From contig NC_043009.1 of NCBI RefSeq assembly GCF_006345805.1, positions 32,860,001 to 32,924,000 on the forward strand: DNA of 64,000 bases. Reading direction: 5' to 3'. Every line of letters begins with the position of its first letter. The first letter of the stretch is position 1. The notes beneath the pieces were generated by a model. The model was not told the origin of the DNA. It worked only from the letters and a program-made list of their open reading frames with translations, and made no database searches. This document shows positions 14,280-30,819 of this stretch, piece by piece. The stretch comes from Octopus sinensis (Eukaryota). A program made the translations under genes and the position numbers.

Positions 14280-14528
14280 ATAGGAATTTATAAGATATAT
14301 GTCATAAAAAGATCCAACATATTGGTAAATAAATGGTTTATATTGGGAATCATTCAATGAAACTTCAAATGTTGATGATGATGATGTTGATGATGGTGAG
14401 TAATGATGATGATGACGATTACTACTTAACTGAGTGTTCATCACAATTTCTTTCGATTTTCCAATGCAGAAGTATGTATACATATATAAATACATATATA
14501 CAAGTGTATACATACATACATATATATA

Positions 14529-14570
<42 letters not shown>

Positions 14571-15182
14571 ATATATATATATATATTATATATATAATAT
14601 ATATATATATATGCACTTATACTGGGGTAAAATGATGTCAGCGTCTCTCCCTTCTTAATGAAATATCAAAAAATGAAATATGACCTTTTCTGAACGCTGT
14701 TATAATTCCTGTCGTTATATACTTCGATGTTTTATTTAGAGAGCAGCAAACTTCAGTTCTTGCGTGCAGAGGATTTCGCAGGATTGATAGCATCCAGAAG
14801 ATTCTAATCAGCTAACTAGAATAAAAATAAACACTCCATGTTTGTATGCAGATATATATAGTCTGTAGTTGGAAAATACGCACATAAACATTCGTTCTAA
14901 ATATAAATATAAGAATGCACCACAGAAACTTATATAATGTTTATATATATATATATGCGTGTGAGTGTGTGTGTGTGTATCTATGCATGTATGTATACAT
15001 GTGTATATATATGTATATTCGTATAAATATGTGTGTCTGTGTGTATACATGAATGCGTGCTCACGTACATTCATACACACACATTTATATATATATATGT
15101 ATATATACATATATACACACACACACATATATATATATATACCTATCTATATATAATATATAATATATATATATATATAATA

Positions 15183-15224
<42 letters not shown>

Positions 15225-16051
15225 GTGTATATGTATGTACACACACACACACGAACACACATTTATACAAATGCATACTGCTATATATTGGTGTTTTTTT
15301 CACCATTTCTTCCACTGCACACACATAATAACACACCGGTTCTAGATATATACACCTCAGTGCTTATATGCAAAAATTATTATCTATTATTGACTCACAG
15401 TCAAATAGAGAGAGACAGAGGGTATGTGGGATAGAGGGAGCAGATCAAGGGGAGTGAGAGAGAAATAAGTGACAAAAGAGAGAGTGTCGTTGACATATAT
15501 AAACAGAGTTTCTATTTTAATCTGCTGCGTCGGTTGTATTGCATGTTGAATCTGGCAATGACGATGCTGTTTTCATGCCATTCATGTATATACAAGTAAA
15601 TGTCACGGGTTCAATTTAAGGAAATTCAACAAAACATTTCTATTATTTATTATTGAATGTTTCAACCCATAAAAACATAATCTGTGGTTTCTTCAGAAGC
15701 AAACTTCCATCAAATTAGTTAAGAATCCTGATGTAAATCACATTAATATTTATTTGCATGCCATTCCATCGTTGCCGCTGATGTACAATACAGATTTGGT
15801 TTTATTTACTTTTTCGTTTATTTATTCTTCATCAAATATTTCTTTTTCTTATTCCATTTTATTTCAGTTTGTTATGAGAAAAATATTTTAGACGTCTTTG
15901 CAAAATCTTTTTCAAGCTGAATATTTTTCAGCTCTGAATCTATACAATGTAATATGTAACGCGGACTCATAAAATTTATATGGGAAAATATTTTGCCTTT
16001 GTATATTTATGTGTGTATTAGTTTTCCTTTAAATTAAAAACGAAAACATGT

Positions 16052-16100
<49 letters not shown>

Positions 16101-16337
16101 TACAAATATAAGTGTATGCATATATAATTACATGTATATATATATATTTCTATATATATATATATACATATATATGTGTGTATGTATAATATATATATAT
16201 ATTATATATTATATATATATATATGTTTATATATATGTATATGTGTCTGTATATATATATATATATGTAGTTATATATATGTGAATGAGTATATTTTTAT
16301 GTACATATATGTACATACACATGTATACGTATGTATA

Positions 16338-16406
<69 letters not shown>

Positions 16407-17372
16407 CATATACAAGTGTGAGTGTATGTGCGTGTATATGTGTGACAGATTGAGAGAGAGTGAAAAGAGAGGGAACGGGAGAATTTGTGTATGCTACCAT
16501 GCACTCACAGTGACGACACACACGCATATATATATAAACACACACACATATATATACACACACACAGTCAGTTTGAAAGGGAAAGACATTGATGCACATA
16601 TACCCGCAAATACACAAATAATGAATCTTCAAATTTTACCACTTTCTGTTTGTTAAATAAAAGCTGCTGAAACAAATTAGTTAGGTGCATGTTTGTGTAA
16701 CTTTATGAGTGAACGAGTGTGAATGTGTGGGAGTTATGCATCTACATATACATAAGTGTGCTTGAATTTACGTATGTATGTGTTTACATACATACACACA
16801 CAGACATATATATTTACATATGCACAGAAACACTTACAGCACACATATTTATATATCGCAAGACTTCACATGGCGGAGAAACGTTGGATGGATTCTTAAC
16901 CATTAAATATTTACATACATAGGTTGCGTGCGTGTATATGTGGTACGTGTGAGTTTATGCTGTGTGTGTGCGCTTGTGTGTGTGCATCTGTACCTAAATG
17001 TACATGAGAGATTGATAATTCTATAAGGGAACTACTGTGTTCATAGTGTCTGGATATATTTTAGTTTGTTGATAGTTTAGCAACTTTAGTAGTCTAGCGA
17101 GAGGTATTCTTACTGCGTGCAAACTTTCGCGACTATCTTTGTAACGTTGGTGCATTTTGCACTTCAAACGAAAGGGAATAATTCTTGTAACGAATGTGAT
17201 AACATGTGCCGCTAGGAGAAATGAATATGTATTCATTGATATTTACTACGTTCATTGGAGCGGATTGCTCGTGATTTTCGCTGTTGAAATGCGGACGGTG
17301 TTTAACAGAAGGCATATTGGACCTGCCATGCCGTTGCTTTTGTTTGTCGTTATATGAGTTTATGAAGGAGTC

Positions 17373-17580
17373 AAGCTGGCTGATTCCTTACTGCGCCGGG
17401 TAAAATGTTTAGCAGCATTTCGTCCGTCTTTTCTTTGTGATTTCAAATTCTGCCGAGGTCGACATGGCCGTTCATCCTTTGGCAGTCAATACAAGGTGTA
17501 CGAGTAGAGCATTAGAGACCATATAATTGAATTATACGTTCCCCAATTGCTCACTTTTTGCCAAAATTTGAAACCGTTAT
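17373..17580 (+). mobile_element. Old diverged copy of the 674-1068 SINE family
   Basis: TTCAAATTCTGCCGAGGTCGAC...TTCATCCTTTGG matches the family core. Confidence 0.7.
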
Positions 17581-18170
17581 ACAACCTTCTGGGAAAGAAC
17601 CTCTATATATGTAAAGGGAAAAAAGAAGGAATACAAAATTGGTCCCAGAGCACCGAATGAAAAGTAACCACTCACATATAAACACACACACACACATACA
17701 CACACGTATATATAGTTCTTATCTAACAGGCTCATAATCAGATGTATTTGATCTATATCCATCACATCAGATTTTGGATAGATCGATTGTAAGATTGTAA
17801 GTATCGAATGTGCCCTATCATGTTTCAAGATGTTATGGCATGATTAGCGGGATATTTCGGTGTTATATCTAACATTTCAAGCAGCAGTGAAAAGTATTTC
17901 TTGCTTGTTTACAATCATACTCAGTAAATGATTGGATAACAATACAAAATATTTATGATAATAAATGGTTTATGCGAAAAACGTTGTTCGGGATTAAAAC
18001 AAATCCCGGCAGGAAATTTAACAGATCAGAGTCGTGAGAGTCATTCTAGACGCAAATCCGGGACTGTGCTTATACTGAAAGCATTTGAATTTCCCTCGTC
18101 CTTTTCTCCATGTGACCGTTTGAATAACTTAAGCCAGGACCGAGTCTTCCTCGAAAATGTTACTGTGCAG

Positions 18171-18250
18171 ATGGATATTTTTTGTGTGTGTGTTCCACGT
18201 CCAAATGCAAGAAAACATTACAGAGTCATCCGTCTCCATAACTCTCTGAG
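18171..18250 (+). CDS. Candidate coding exon (MDIFCVCVPRPNARKHYRVIRLHNSL), unknown product
   Basis: Non-repetitive sequence flanked by ttactgtgcag| and a consensus donor GAG|gtaagt. Only one frame is open. No homology recognised. Confidence 0.25.
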
Positions 18251-19314
18251 GTAAGTCTCAGCATTCCAGGCACCTGTTTAATTTTCAATCAATTTTTATA
18301 TCAGAGTTTTCTCCCTTACATCTTTCGGATAAAATCGTCAATTTTAATTGCATTTTCATACTTTCATACTTGTTTTTATCTCATCATTCAATACGTTATT
18401 CCAAACTTAACTAGATGGTCTTTATGCAGATGAATATCCTGGGAAATGTACCGAAGCCATTTTTACTATTAAAGTAACTCTCCCAAAACATAAATTCTGA
18501 ATATATATACGTGGCCATAAGGATAACATGTACTGGTTCTACTGCGTGCGAGAAATAACAACTACATCTTTCTCATAACTTTTCCTATAAAACAATCTAA
18601 AATCGGATCGCATTTTTACAGATATAGCATATCAATATTACAACTGTTGTTACTGTTGCTGCTGTTGTTGTTGTTGCTGTTGCTGTTGTTGTTGTTGTCG
18701 TTGTCGTTGCCGTTGTCGTTGTTGTTGTTGTTGTTGCTTAGACCCCAAAGATGATCAGAAACAGTCCACCCATAACCATCTCGTCTTCTTTTCAGATATA
18801 TTATTTACATTTAGAAGACACCTTTATCGCTTTGTAGAAATGTATATAGGGCAAGAAGGTCACGGTTACGATTTCTTTTCGTTATAAGTCTACTAGAGGC
18901 GGTCCCTAACGCTTCTTCCAAACATTAACAACAAAACGACATCGTTGACGACAATCAAAATTCAAAATAATTCAAAGCTGAAGCAATTTCCTGCAATAGC
19001 TCCGATACACAATGCGCATGCAAGACTCGTTTTGAGGAATTCACACATTGATAACAGCCATAAGAGAATATCTATCATAGAAATAGACCAATTTTCCTGA
19101 ACACCATTTCTTTAGTTTCAATTTTTCACACATATGTGAATTAAGAACAGCACCAGTAACGATTGCAGCATCAAATTATTCGGTTAGAGAGTTTGTTATT
19201 TAAGAGTATCATATATATGGAAGCAGGACATAATGTTAACTGTGATTGCGGTATTATCTGCTGCGCTATTAGATCGAGAAATGAAACATAAATGACAGCA
19301 ATTGTTCTAGACAT

Positions 19315-19348
<34 letters not shown>

Positions 19349-19360
19349 ATACATAATACA

Positions 19361-19424
<64 letters not shown>

Positions 19425-19829
19425 TATGTATATCTATGTCTATCTATGTGCATGTTATATATATATGTATATTATATATACATATGTGTATATGTATATG
19501 TACATATTTATATGTATATAGATTTGTGTGTGTGTATACATATATATATACATATGAACATATATATATGTACACATATATGTATATATAGAAATATGTA
19601 TAGATGTACATATATATGTATGTATATATATATTTGTGTCTATGTGATTGCGTGTGGGTATGAAGAATCAAAGACAGTCAATCAAAACTAGATAAATTAA
19701 TGCAGATTGATATACATACACACATGTGCATGCATATACATATATATATACTTATATACATACATGCACACACACACACACACACACACATACAACTCTC
19801 TCACCCTTTCTCTCTCTCTCTCTCTCTCT

Positions 19830-19914
<85 letters not shown>

Positions 19915-20611
19915 ATATTTATAACATATACCTACAAACATATATGAAAAAACTATGTAAAATGATGATATGTTGCCAAAAAATTAATCTTGGTTATAGC
20001 TTTCGCTATGCTTCAGTGAGTATTTCAACTGATAGACAATGAATGTGACATATTTTTTAAGGAATCTTTATTGCCGTTTCTTTTATATGTCTTGGGGGAA
20101 ATTTCATAGTCTTGCACTTAGATATTTTGAGCATGTGTGCACATGTGAATGTTGTATATAAACTTGTGTGTGTATGTGTGCGTCTGTGTGTTCGTGTGTT
20201 TGCATTCGTGTGTAATTGTGTACCTAAAGAATGACGCAAACATCACATAGCGTTACATCTTTATCGGTTAAATTTATTGTCAAATCTTAATGGACGAATC
20301 ATTTTTCATTTTACTATGATGCCCGTGTTATAAACTATAGTTGTATATTTCAATGATTTCGTTGATATTTCCATTTTCATTCCTAAAACGATGTGACGAC
20401 TTTCAAAATCGCGGGGAAAAGCATCTTTTAGAAAAGATAAATAACCCCCAATTCTGGTAGTTAAATACATTCGATAGAACAATACTAGACATATACTTTC
20501 TGCTACATGTCATTTTAGTATTGCTTGTTATAAACATATTGGCCAGAAAATATATAAAACAATTCCTATTCACATCACAATAATATTAAATGATTTTATA
20601 TATATATATAT

Positions 20612-20643
<32 letters not shown>

Positions 20644-20958
20644 GTATGTATGTATGTATATATGTATATATCCTATACATAGGTATATATGAAATTCGAA
20701 TGACGAAGGAATAATAAACTGTCGTATAAAAACATATTATATATAATATATATATATATATATATAGATATGTATACATACATATACGCAAATAGTATCT
20801 ACGAATGGTCTATACATATACACATATTCGCACATACACAAACATACTATATATATATTTACAGTACAGTCATACTCAATATAAATATGCATTTACATAG
20901 GCGGATATCTATGCATTCATACACATGCAGGGACCACATAATACACACATACACTTAC

Positions 20959-21038
<80 letters not shown>

Positions 21039-22470
21039 ACACATATGCTCTTGTTGGCATACAAACATAAGCAAAGTTACACCACGTATTCTCGAAATGT
21101 TTACATCAATAATATTTTTTTTTTTAAAGTTTCAATATATCCTATTTCGATCTTTCGAGACTTATTTGAAAAAATATCATACCAAATTTTTGCTTTTTGC
21201 TTTAATTTCTTTTTCAGCATTCTTTGTGTGAAAATGATTCTTGAAACAGAAAATAATCAAAAAGTCACAAAATATATCGTATGTTATTTTAGCTTGCTTT
21301 TTCCTTTTGTTTTTTTTTTTGTTTTTTTTTGCAGAATTATTTGAACATAATGATTAACATTGGTGAATATTGTCCGTTGAAATCTAATTCCTTAGATAAA
21401 TTCTTTAAAATTGCAGACGAACATAGGAATTCATAGGAATATTGAAATTAATATGAGGAGATATAAATTTGATATAAAAGTAATATGCAAAAGGACAAAT
21501 TTTTTGCGACATGATTTGAAAGACTTGTTTGAGAATTGCAACACTATGGAGTAATCCTTCACAGACCATTACAAAAGACAAAGATGGGGTTATATTAAAG
21601 TGACATGAATAAAGGAATACAAATGAATAAAGCAATACAAATATAGAACAGACAAGAGGCCGATGTAGGAAAGAGTGAAGGCTATTTTCAAAGAAAAGTT
21701 ACAAATATAAATCTATAGAACCGATAGAATTTAAGGCAGAGTTCACAGGAATTATTTTCTATATATTCAAAGATCAAGCCATTCTGAATAAAATTGCCAG
21801 GAAAAGTAATATTTTTAACCTGATGTTTGATGGTAAACATTAACAAATGGCTTTTCTTTGACAACCAGTGTCTGTGCGTTTCCATCAAAGATTTTCTGAA
21901 GAGGTGTGGAGTTAAAAAATCACATTGAAGTTATAGTTGCTGGGTAATACAGAGCTAAAACCCAAAGTTTCTACAAGAATAGAGCTAACATTTACAGAAG
22001 ACCAAAAGGGCTACAATGAATGCCAAAATTAAATGGCGAAACATTAAATAGCGCATAATACATCTGAAATTTACTATACGCAAACAGGCAATCCGGAACA
22101 GAGAATGGACATGATGCATTATTTCGGTTTGGAACTCACTATCTGCCAGTATTTGGAAACACTGAAGAACGATACGAAGAAGAGTTACTATAAGCAAAAT
22201 GTGTATGCATGTGCGCCGATGTGCGCCTGTGTGCGAGTGTGTACGCGTGTGTATTCTTGTATACGCGTGTGTAAGCATGTGGATGCACGTGTCTCCGTTT
22301 CTGTATTCGTGTCTGGATTCTCTATACACGTAAAACTCCACCGAAGTAGACTTGCATTTCATCTTTTCAACGAAGATAGATGAGGTACAAATCAAGCGCA
22401 GGGCTCGAAATAATCAAATTGCTCCTTTCTCCCAGATTTCAGGCCTTGTGTCGAGTGTAGAAACGATTAA

Positions 22471-22532
<62 letters not shown>

Positions 22533-23403
22533 TATTATCCTCCTCCTCCTCCTCCTCCTCCTCCTCATCATCATCATCAATATTGTAATTAATATCAGTA
22601 TAAATACAACGCACGGATAAAATATATCAACAAAGAAACAATATATATATATATATATATATGCACACACACACACAAACACACACATATAGTCACGGGA
22701 ATCAGGATGCAGGTATATCAGTTGATTTCTTTTTATGTGTCTATATGATGCGTATTTATATCTGTAAGTATGCACGTATTCCCATATATATATTATTACA
22801 CACGCGCACACACACACACTCACAAACACACATATATATATATGCATATATCTGCGTTTGTGTTTGAATGCATGTATGCATGTAGGCATGTATATTTGTA
22901 TGTAGGTATGTATATATGTATCTGTACACTCTCTAACTTGTATATATATATATATATTGTATAATAATTTCGAGCCATCAATGTCTATGAATGATGGACC
23001 CTATATTTTGGGTATACTGTAGGAAATCTGCATATGCTTCTTTATTTATATCATCGAAATTTGCATGTTACGCTTTCTATTATTCCACTAAGTAACACTA
23101 AAATAATCAATGTATTTGCCATCCTTTTTTCAATCTTTATAGAAAAGAAGAAATCTGTTTGCTGATATTTGTCGTTTGCATCCTGCATTCTTCTATTGAA
23201 ACCCGCCATTTTATTTCATGAATTTCAATGAGAATATAAAATAGTTGGGAGGAGACTGTAAGAGGAGAGATAATGTAAAATGATGCAAAAATAAAACATC
23301 TTTTAAATGAAATCTACCATTATTTTGTTGGTGATGTAGGTCACTTATTGAAGATATGCAATGTGCTTACACAAACACAGGGATGTATGTAATTATATAT
23401 ATA

Positions 23404-23441
<38 letters not shown>

Positions 23442-23540
23442 TACGGATAGATGTAAGTATATATGTATATAATACATATCATGTATGTAATATAGTATGT
23501 GTATAAATACAGGTTGATAGAGAGCAAAATAACATATATG

Positions 23541-23578
<38 letters not shown>

Positions 23579-23880
23579 CAATATATGTGTGTGTACGTGT
23601 AAATATATGCATATCTATAGACATCAATATATATAAACATGCATATATATATATATGTATATATGCATATATTTATATATATGTTCATATATATATGTAT
23701 ACATGTGTTCATATATATATGTATACATATGTACATAAATAGGTATATACATACATATATATATATGCATATATATATATAATTGTATATATATATGCAT
23801 GTATATATATATATATGCATATGTATATATGTATATATATATAATTGTATATATATGCATGTATATATTTACACACACAC

Positions 23881-23918
<38 letters not shown>

Positions 23919-24094
23919 ATGTATATATATATATATATAAATAGCAGTTTCTCCATTTACTTTCATCAGGATCCAATGTGCACAGTGCAGTTTCATTCTC
24001 TGTGTACCTATAAATCCCGTTATATATTCCTTTACATGAAGTTTTTGATATTAACTAATCTATTGGCGCAACAAGGTAGTATTCATCACGTATA

Positions 24095-24130
<36 letters not shown>

Positions 24131-24546
24131 ATATATACACATAATATTTACATGAGAATATATATACATTATTGACAGGTGTCCTTCTGTATACTCTAGG
24201 GTGTGTATACGTATCTGTGCGTGTATATACATGCGGACGATATCTATGCTAGTGTAGCGTTTCGTATAAATATATACTTAATTACACATACATGTGTGTA
24301 CATGTGTGTGTGTGTATGTATATACGCATGTATGTATGTATATATGTATGCATGTAAATCTATAGCTGAACGTAGATTTTGGTTGATAAAATTGATAAAT
24401 AAATAGGCATAGATATATAGATATGATGGTGTATGTGTGTATGAGTATATGTCTATGTCTAGAAATATATGCATACATGCATACGTACATACGTATATAT
24501 GTATATAATTATATATATTATATATATATATAATAATATATATATA

Positions 24547-24577
<31 letters not shown>

Positions 24578-25592
24578 AGAATCAAAACAGTTTCATTCAA
24601 ATTCGTTTGAATATGTGCGTGTATATATATATATATATATAGGCAGAAAATGCATAATTCGCAACATATATATGCAAGCATATATAACTTTATTTAAGCA
24701 CGTAAAGTATATACATGTATTCGGCGTAAAACATGAATGCAAATCACTGTCAAACATTTTTACATACAGGCATGTGTGTTTGTCTGTCTGTTGTTGTGTC
24801 TGTGTATGTGCGCGTGTGCGTGAGTATACATACATGCACACATTTATACACACATGTGCATATATATACATACAAATGTGTATATATATGTATATGTATG
24901 TGTATATATATTTATATATACACATACATATATTTCTGCATACATACATATATATATATATATACATATGCATATATTTCTACATACATATATATATATG
25001 TATATATACATGTGCATATATATCTACATATATATATATGTATACATACATATATGTGTGTGTATGCATACACCATTATGATGTATATTTACATCATAAC
25101 ATGTGATAACGCACGAGCATCAATTTGGACATATATTTGTGTGGCTGCGCGTGTGTATGAGGCGTGTGTCTACGTGTATTTGTTTGTGTGCTCTTGTATG
25201 CGTATGCGTATTTAACTTAAATTAAAGCATAATTTTCAATTTCAATACAAAAAATAAAAATTACCGAAGGAGAAGTCGCTGCTTTTTTTTTTCTTGTAGG
25301 TATTGACAATGAACATAACTGAGACGGCGATGAGGAGGATATCGATGCTGATGATGAGGAAGAGGGAAACATAGAAGGATGGGCAAGATGGCGATGAAAG
25401 GGTTTTTGCATCGGAATAATGGAGCTTGATTGAACATATTGAAATTGCGGCAGAAAGTGAATGAAGAAATATCAGTGTACATGAAACAGAAAATACAATG
25501 GCTTTTATATAGATATACGTGTCTGTTGTCTGTGTTTGTATATGTATATACACTGTATGACTGTGTGGATCCGTGTAAATTACATATACATG

Positions 25593-25667
<75 letters not shown>

Positions 25668-25827
25668 ATATAGATACATGTATATCTATATATATATGCA
25701 TGTATATAGATATTATATATATATAATATATGATATATATGAATGTACACATTTATATAGTAAAACGTATAATACACAACTTAGCGTGTATGTGATATAT
25801 ATACATTATACATACTTATATAAATAT

Positions 25828-25876
<49 letters not shown>

Positions 25877-26401
25877 GCAAAACCATATGCGTTTTGCATA
25901 CTTGTGTTCTACATACCTTTGTGTAAGTTTGTTGTGTAATATCTATGTGCAGCGATGTACTTTACCTCAAAACATATACATATATATAAATATATATATA
26001 CATATGTGTCTGTGTGTGTTTGTACGTGTGCGCGCGTGTGTGTATGTATGTATATATACGCACAAACTTGCAGATATATCTATATAAACATAAATTATTG
26101 ATGTGCTTCTACACTGTAATGGGCGTAAAGCCTCGAGTATCACTTAAAGCGACACGTTATATATATACACCATATGTATTCATGAATATGTTTGTAGATG
26201 ACAGGAGATTTAGCTGTAGAATAGATAACAAGCTTACTTATTTTGCATACATCGAATATAAAGGATAGATTTTTTTTTGGTATTGAAATATTTATTGACG
26301 ATCGTTCTATAAACACGCATATACACATTAGGGCACACACACCACACACACACACACACATATACATACCCACAAATACACGAACACGGATATGTATATA
26401 T

Positions 26402-26446
<45 letters not shown>

Positions 26447-26586
26447 ACAATATGAATACTGTGTAGACATGCGCATGTTCATATATGTGATACTTAATTG
26501 ACTATATATATCTATTAATATATGTATATATATATAAATATATATACAGAAATATATACATATATATATATATACATATATACATC

Positions 26587-26657
<71 letters not shown>

Positions 26658-27386
26658 TCTGTACAGGTGTGTTTATGTATGCATGTAGATATAAAACTGT
26701 TTGATGAAATATAATATATGCACATTTCTTTTTTTCTGCATGTTATTTATGTATTTATATATTCTAACATGCATCTTTGCCTGTTTGTGTTTATGCATGT
26801 ATGTAAACATATATGAATATATGTACACATCTGCGGGTCTGTAGTTAAGAATTCTAAGGCGTATCTCAATTCCCCTAGGCTTATAATTCTCTCTCATGAG
26901 CAACCCAAAATTTCTTCTCCTCCCTGATCGCGTTTTCTAAAATCTTATATTATTCGTCGCAATAGAAGAAGTGATTCTAAAAAATGTCCAAATCGTAAAG
27001 CCATCTTGAAAGTACGAAGCGGTTAATTAGTAAATGAACGTCATTAATTAACCGAAGATGCATTCAGATACTGGAGAAAGTGGCATAATTGTTAAGGCAA
27101 ATAAAGACCGAAATCGCGTGACGTGGCAACTGCAGCAATTGTACCGGAGGATTATCTCCCGCTAGTGATACAAGCACGAGTGTTCGTATGCTCCACAACT
27201 CCGTATGAGAAGTTCTGTTTTTCATAATCAACACCGTTTTCTCTTTTCTAGAATTTACGCTGCTTCTCTGATAGTTAATTATCTTTTAATAAACCCACTG
27301 GCTACTTGCAACATCAGTGACTGGATAGACACTGAAATCCTATGTATATCGATGACGGAGGATTCCCTGCAAACTCCAGCACTCTT

Positions 27387-27436
27387 GCCGGCAATTGACA
27401 AGGCTAAGAAAGGCCGAAATGACCTGATCTGATAGC
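27387..27436 (+). ncRNA. Decayed type I hammerhead ribozyme, U3-A8 core, in a relative of the 9082 element (~27320-27510)
   Basis: UUGACAA-GGCU(AAGAAA)GGCC-GAAA-UGACCUGA-UC^-UGAUAGC. Stem I is only partly paired. The flanks align by eye with 9240-9420. Confidence 0.45.
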
Positions 27437-28112
27437 TTGGACGTCGATAGGGGAGAGTAATCTGCTGCTAGCGATATAATCACCAGTGTTTACGTGCATC
27501 AGAAATCCTTATAATAAATAAGGCAAGGATTCTTTCATGATAAATAAGGCAGAAGTCAGCGTTGTAACAGAACTTCCACCATTAAGTGGCGGTGGGGTGG
27601 GGGGTAAATATTACCTTTTATTATTGATTCTGCTTCTGTTTCTATCAGTTTTAATTAAGATTATCTGGGTTATCATAAAAACAGATATATTGTAGGATTA
27701 AATATATTTAATGATGTGATAGTCTTTCCGTGATAATTCATTAACAATGGTTGATACATTCTGTTCGGTATTGCATATAAACAGTGCTAGAGATATTCGT
27801 GTCTAACGTTGAAAATAAATGTTTCTATCATCATAAGGAAGCTAGCAATATTGAACATTTTTGGGTACACACTAAATGAAGATGTATTCTGTTGCGATTG
27901 ATATAATCTGTATGAGTGATGTAATCTGTTCATCCCGAACATTATTCTGTTCGGTATGTTGGGGTAATCTGCATGAAAAATGGACTGTGTTTACGTCTGA
28001 TTCTACTTATTGTTTCTTCCTCTCCTCACCTTCCTACTCTCCGTCTTCTCTTCTCACAGCTTTTTCATATGTCTATGTATACTTATGCAGATGTGTGTTG
28101 TATGTCTATATC

Positions 28113-28163
<51 letters not shown>

Positions 28164-30153
28164 GATCCAGGAATCAAGGTGTAGGAGAAAAGTTAGCTTC
28201 GAGCAATCCGTAGTAAATATTTTTTAAAAACTTTCAGGAAACAATAGTGGTTTATTGAGATGGAACGTTGCGGATTATTTTTCTTTATCGAAGAACGATG
28301 AGCAGGAAAAAAGTTCTTTTTATATTCCACGGTAGGCGACCAGTATGCGAAAAGGAATACAATAGTTACGGAATGGAGTAGGAAAAATCCGGGTTACACA
28401 TGTTTCATGGCGAGTGAGACCTCAGAAATGGTAAAATCCAAGCGAGGAGTAAACCGCCAACTACTCTTCAGGTCAAGGATATCTTGGTTCAATGAACGTT
28501 TACATTGTCGCAAGGAGGTATATGTTGACGCAAATACGTTCCAGTCATATTTTTATATTATGTATGCATGTGTATATACATTTTCATATGTATGTGTGTG
28601 TGTGTGTATGCGTGTTTGTGTGTGCGTTAGTTTGTGTGTGTGTGTGTGTGTAGTGGATTTTAGATATATAATATCGAATGGAAAACTGGAATCTCAAAAA
28701 GTATGTCGAAAATTTGTATGATTTTGAGAAGAGATTGGCGGACGAAAAATAAATGGAAATGAGTTTAGATTTCTTAAATACACCACTTCAAAACAGCTTT
28801 CGCCATAATCCCCACCTATATTTGATAGCCATTGCAAAACATGCCCGATGTTCACCAATGATTTATCACTTGTAAAGCGAGAACTGTGAACGGGTTTTGC
28901 TGAATACTGATTTCTTCAAACGTGAATTATTTTTTCAGACTATCCATAAGAAATCTTCCTAGCTTAAAAATAGATAAAGAAATAAAATACCTCGACTATA
29001 AAATCAAAAAAAAAAATAAAGAATAATAATCAATTTTCAATGGAATGATAAAAAAACATGAAATAATGCATTAAAAATACCTTCTTGATAGTAAGTAAAG
29101 CAGTATTGATGGAAAGTTTCTTTCAGAATCTGGTGCCAGAAACTCAAAGAGAATAATTCCAGATTTTACAATGATTGGCAAGGTTTATGTGTCTTATCAC
29201 TTGCTCCTTTGCCGATATCTATCTCAGGTTCCTCTCATACATATTAACATGATGGATTTCATCTAATTTTTATGTATAGTTACTTTATGCAATTCACGGT
29301 GTTTGTGGTGTCTCTCTTGTACACGAGAAATTTTCTCTTTCTTCATCCATACTGTTTCTCATAAAGCTAAATATTCAAACCGATATGCCACTATATTTTT
29401 ATTTATTTACCCATATATCTGCATTATTTCTGCATAGTTATCCACTGAATTATATCGCAATGCTATCTCGTCAAGTCTCTATATATCTATTTCGCCATCT
29501 ACCTATCACTTATATTTATATATTTATCAAATCATGCCTATTGATCCATTATATTTATCCATCACTCATATCTAATTTACCGTAAATGTATATTAACTCT
29601 ATATATCCATCGGTTTATCATATTTAGCTATATCTATTTATCCGTCTGTCCATTATCACATAATTCTATCTTCTTATACATATATGTGTGTGTGAGTGTG
29701 TGTGTGTGAGTGTGTGTGTGTTTGTGTGTTTGTGAGTGCGTGCGCGCATGTTTGCGAGAATATATATATATATATATCTATATATATATATTATGTATGT
29801 ACATGTATGTATGTATATATAAGTGTGTGTGTATGTGTAAGTGTGTGGATGTGTCTACTGTTCACAGACATTTTCGTTTAGCACCATATGGGCATTTCCT
29901 GAGCTTATAAATGCGTACATTCAGCAATCAATCAATCTAGCACCATGCACACCTACATATACAAAATAACTTGTTCCTTATCTATCAATCTCTATCTATC
30001 AATTAATCTATCTATCTGTCTATCATCTATGTATCTATCTATCTGCCTATCTATCTTTCTATCTATTTATCTACATAACTATCTACTCACTTAAATATCT
30101 ATTTATATACCCGCCTATTCATCTGTATGTCACACACACACACATACACACAC

Positions 30154-30198
<45 letters not shown>

Positions 30199-30295
30199 GC
30201 GTATGTTCTTATGTATGTGTGTATATACGTGTGTGTGTATGCGCGTATGTGTAGGCGTGTGTGCGTATGTATGCATATATATATGATATATATTT

Positions 30296-30445
<150 letters not shown>

Positions 30446-30745
30446 AGATATATACGTATTTATATATGTCTCGTTTTATATTAATATTTATGCTTTTTCT
30501 ATCTACCTATATATCTAAATATCGTTGTATGTATCTAGTTATCTCCTCATCAATTTGTTTATCTCAGTGTAACTATCTTGTTATCTATCCACCATCGTAT
30601 CTTTATGCCCGTTGCCATGTCTGTTTATTCATTTGCATTTCTCTTGCTTTCCATCGATCTTTTGATCTGTCTATCGCTCTATATGTGTTATTTATCTACG
30701 AATCTACGAACCATTATATTTACCTACACACACACATATATATAC

Positions 30746-30819
<74 letters not shown>

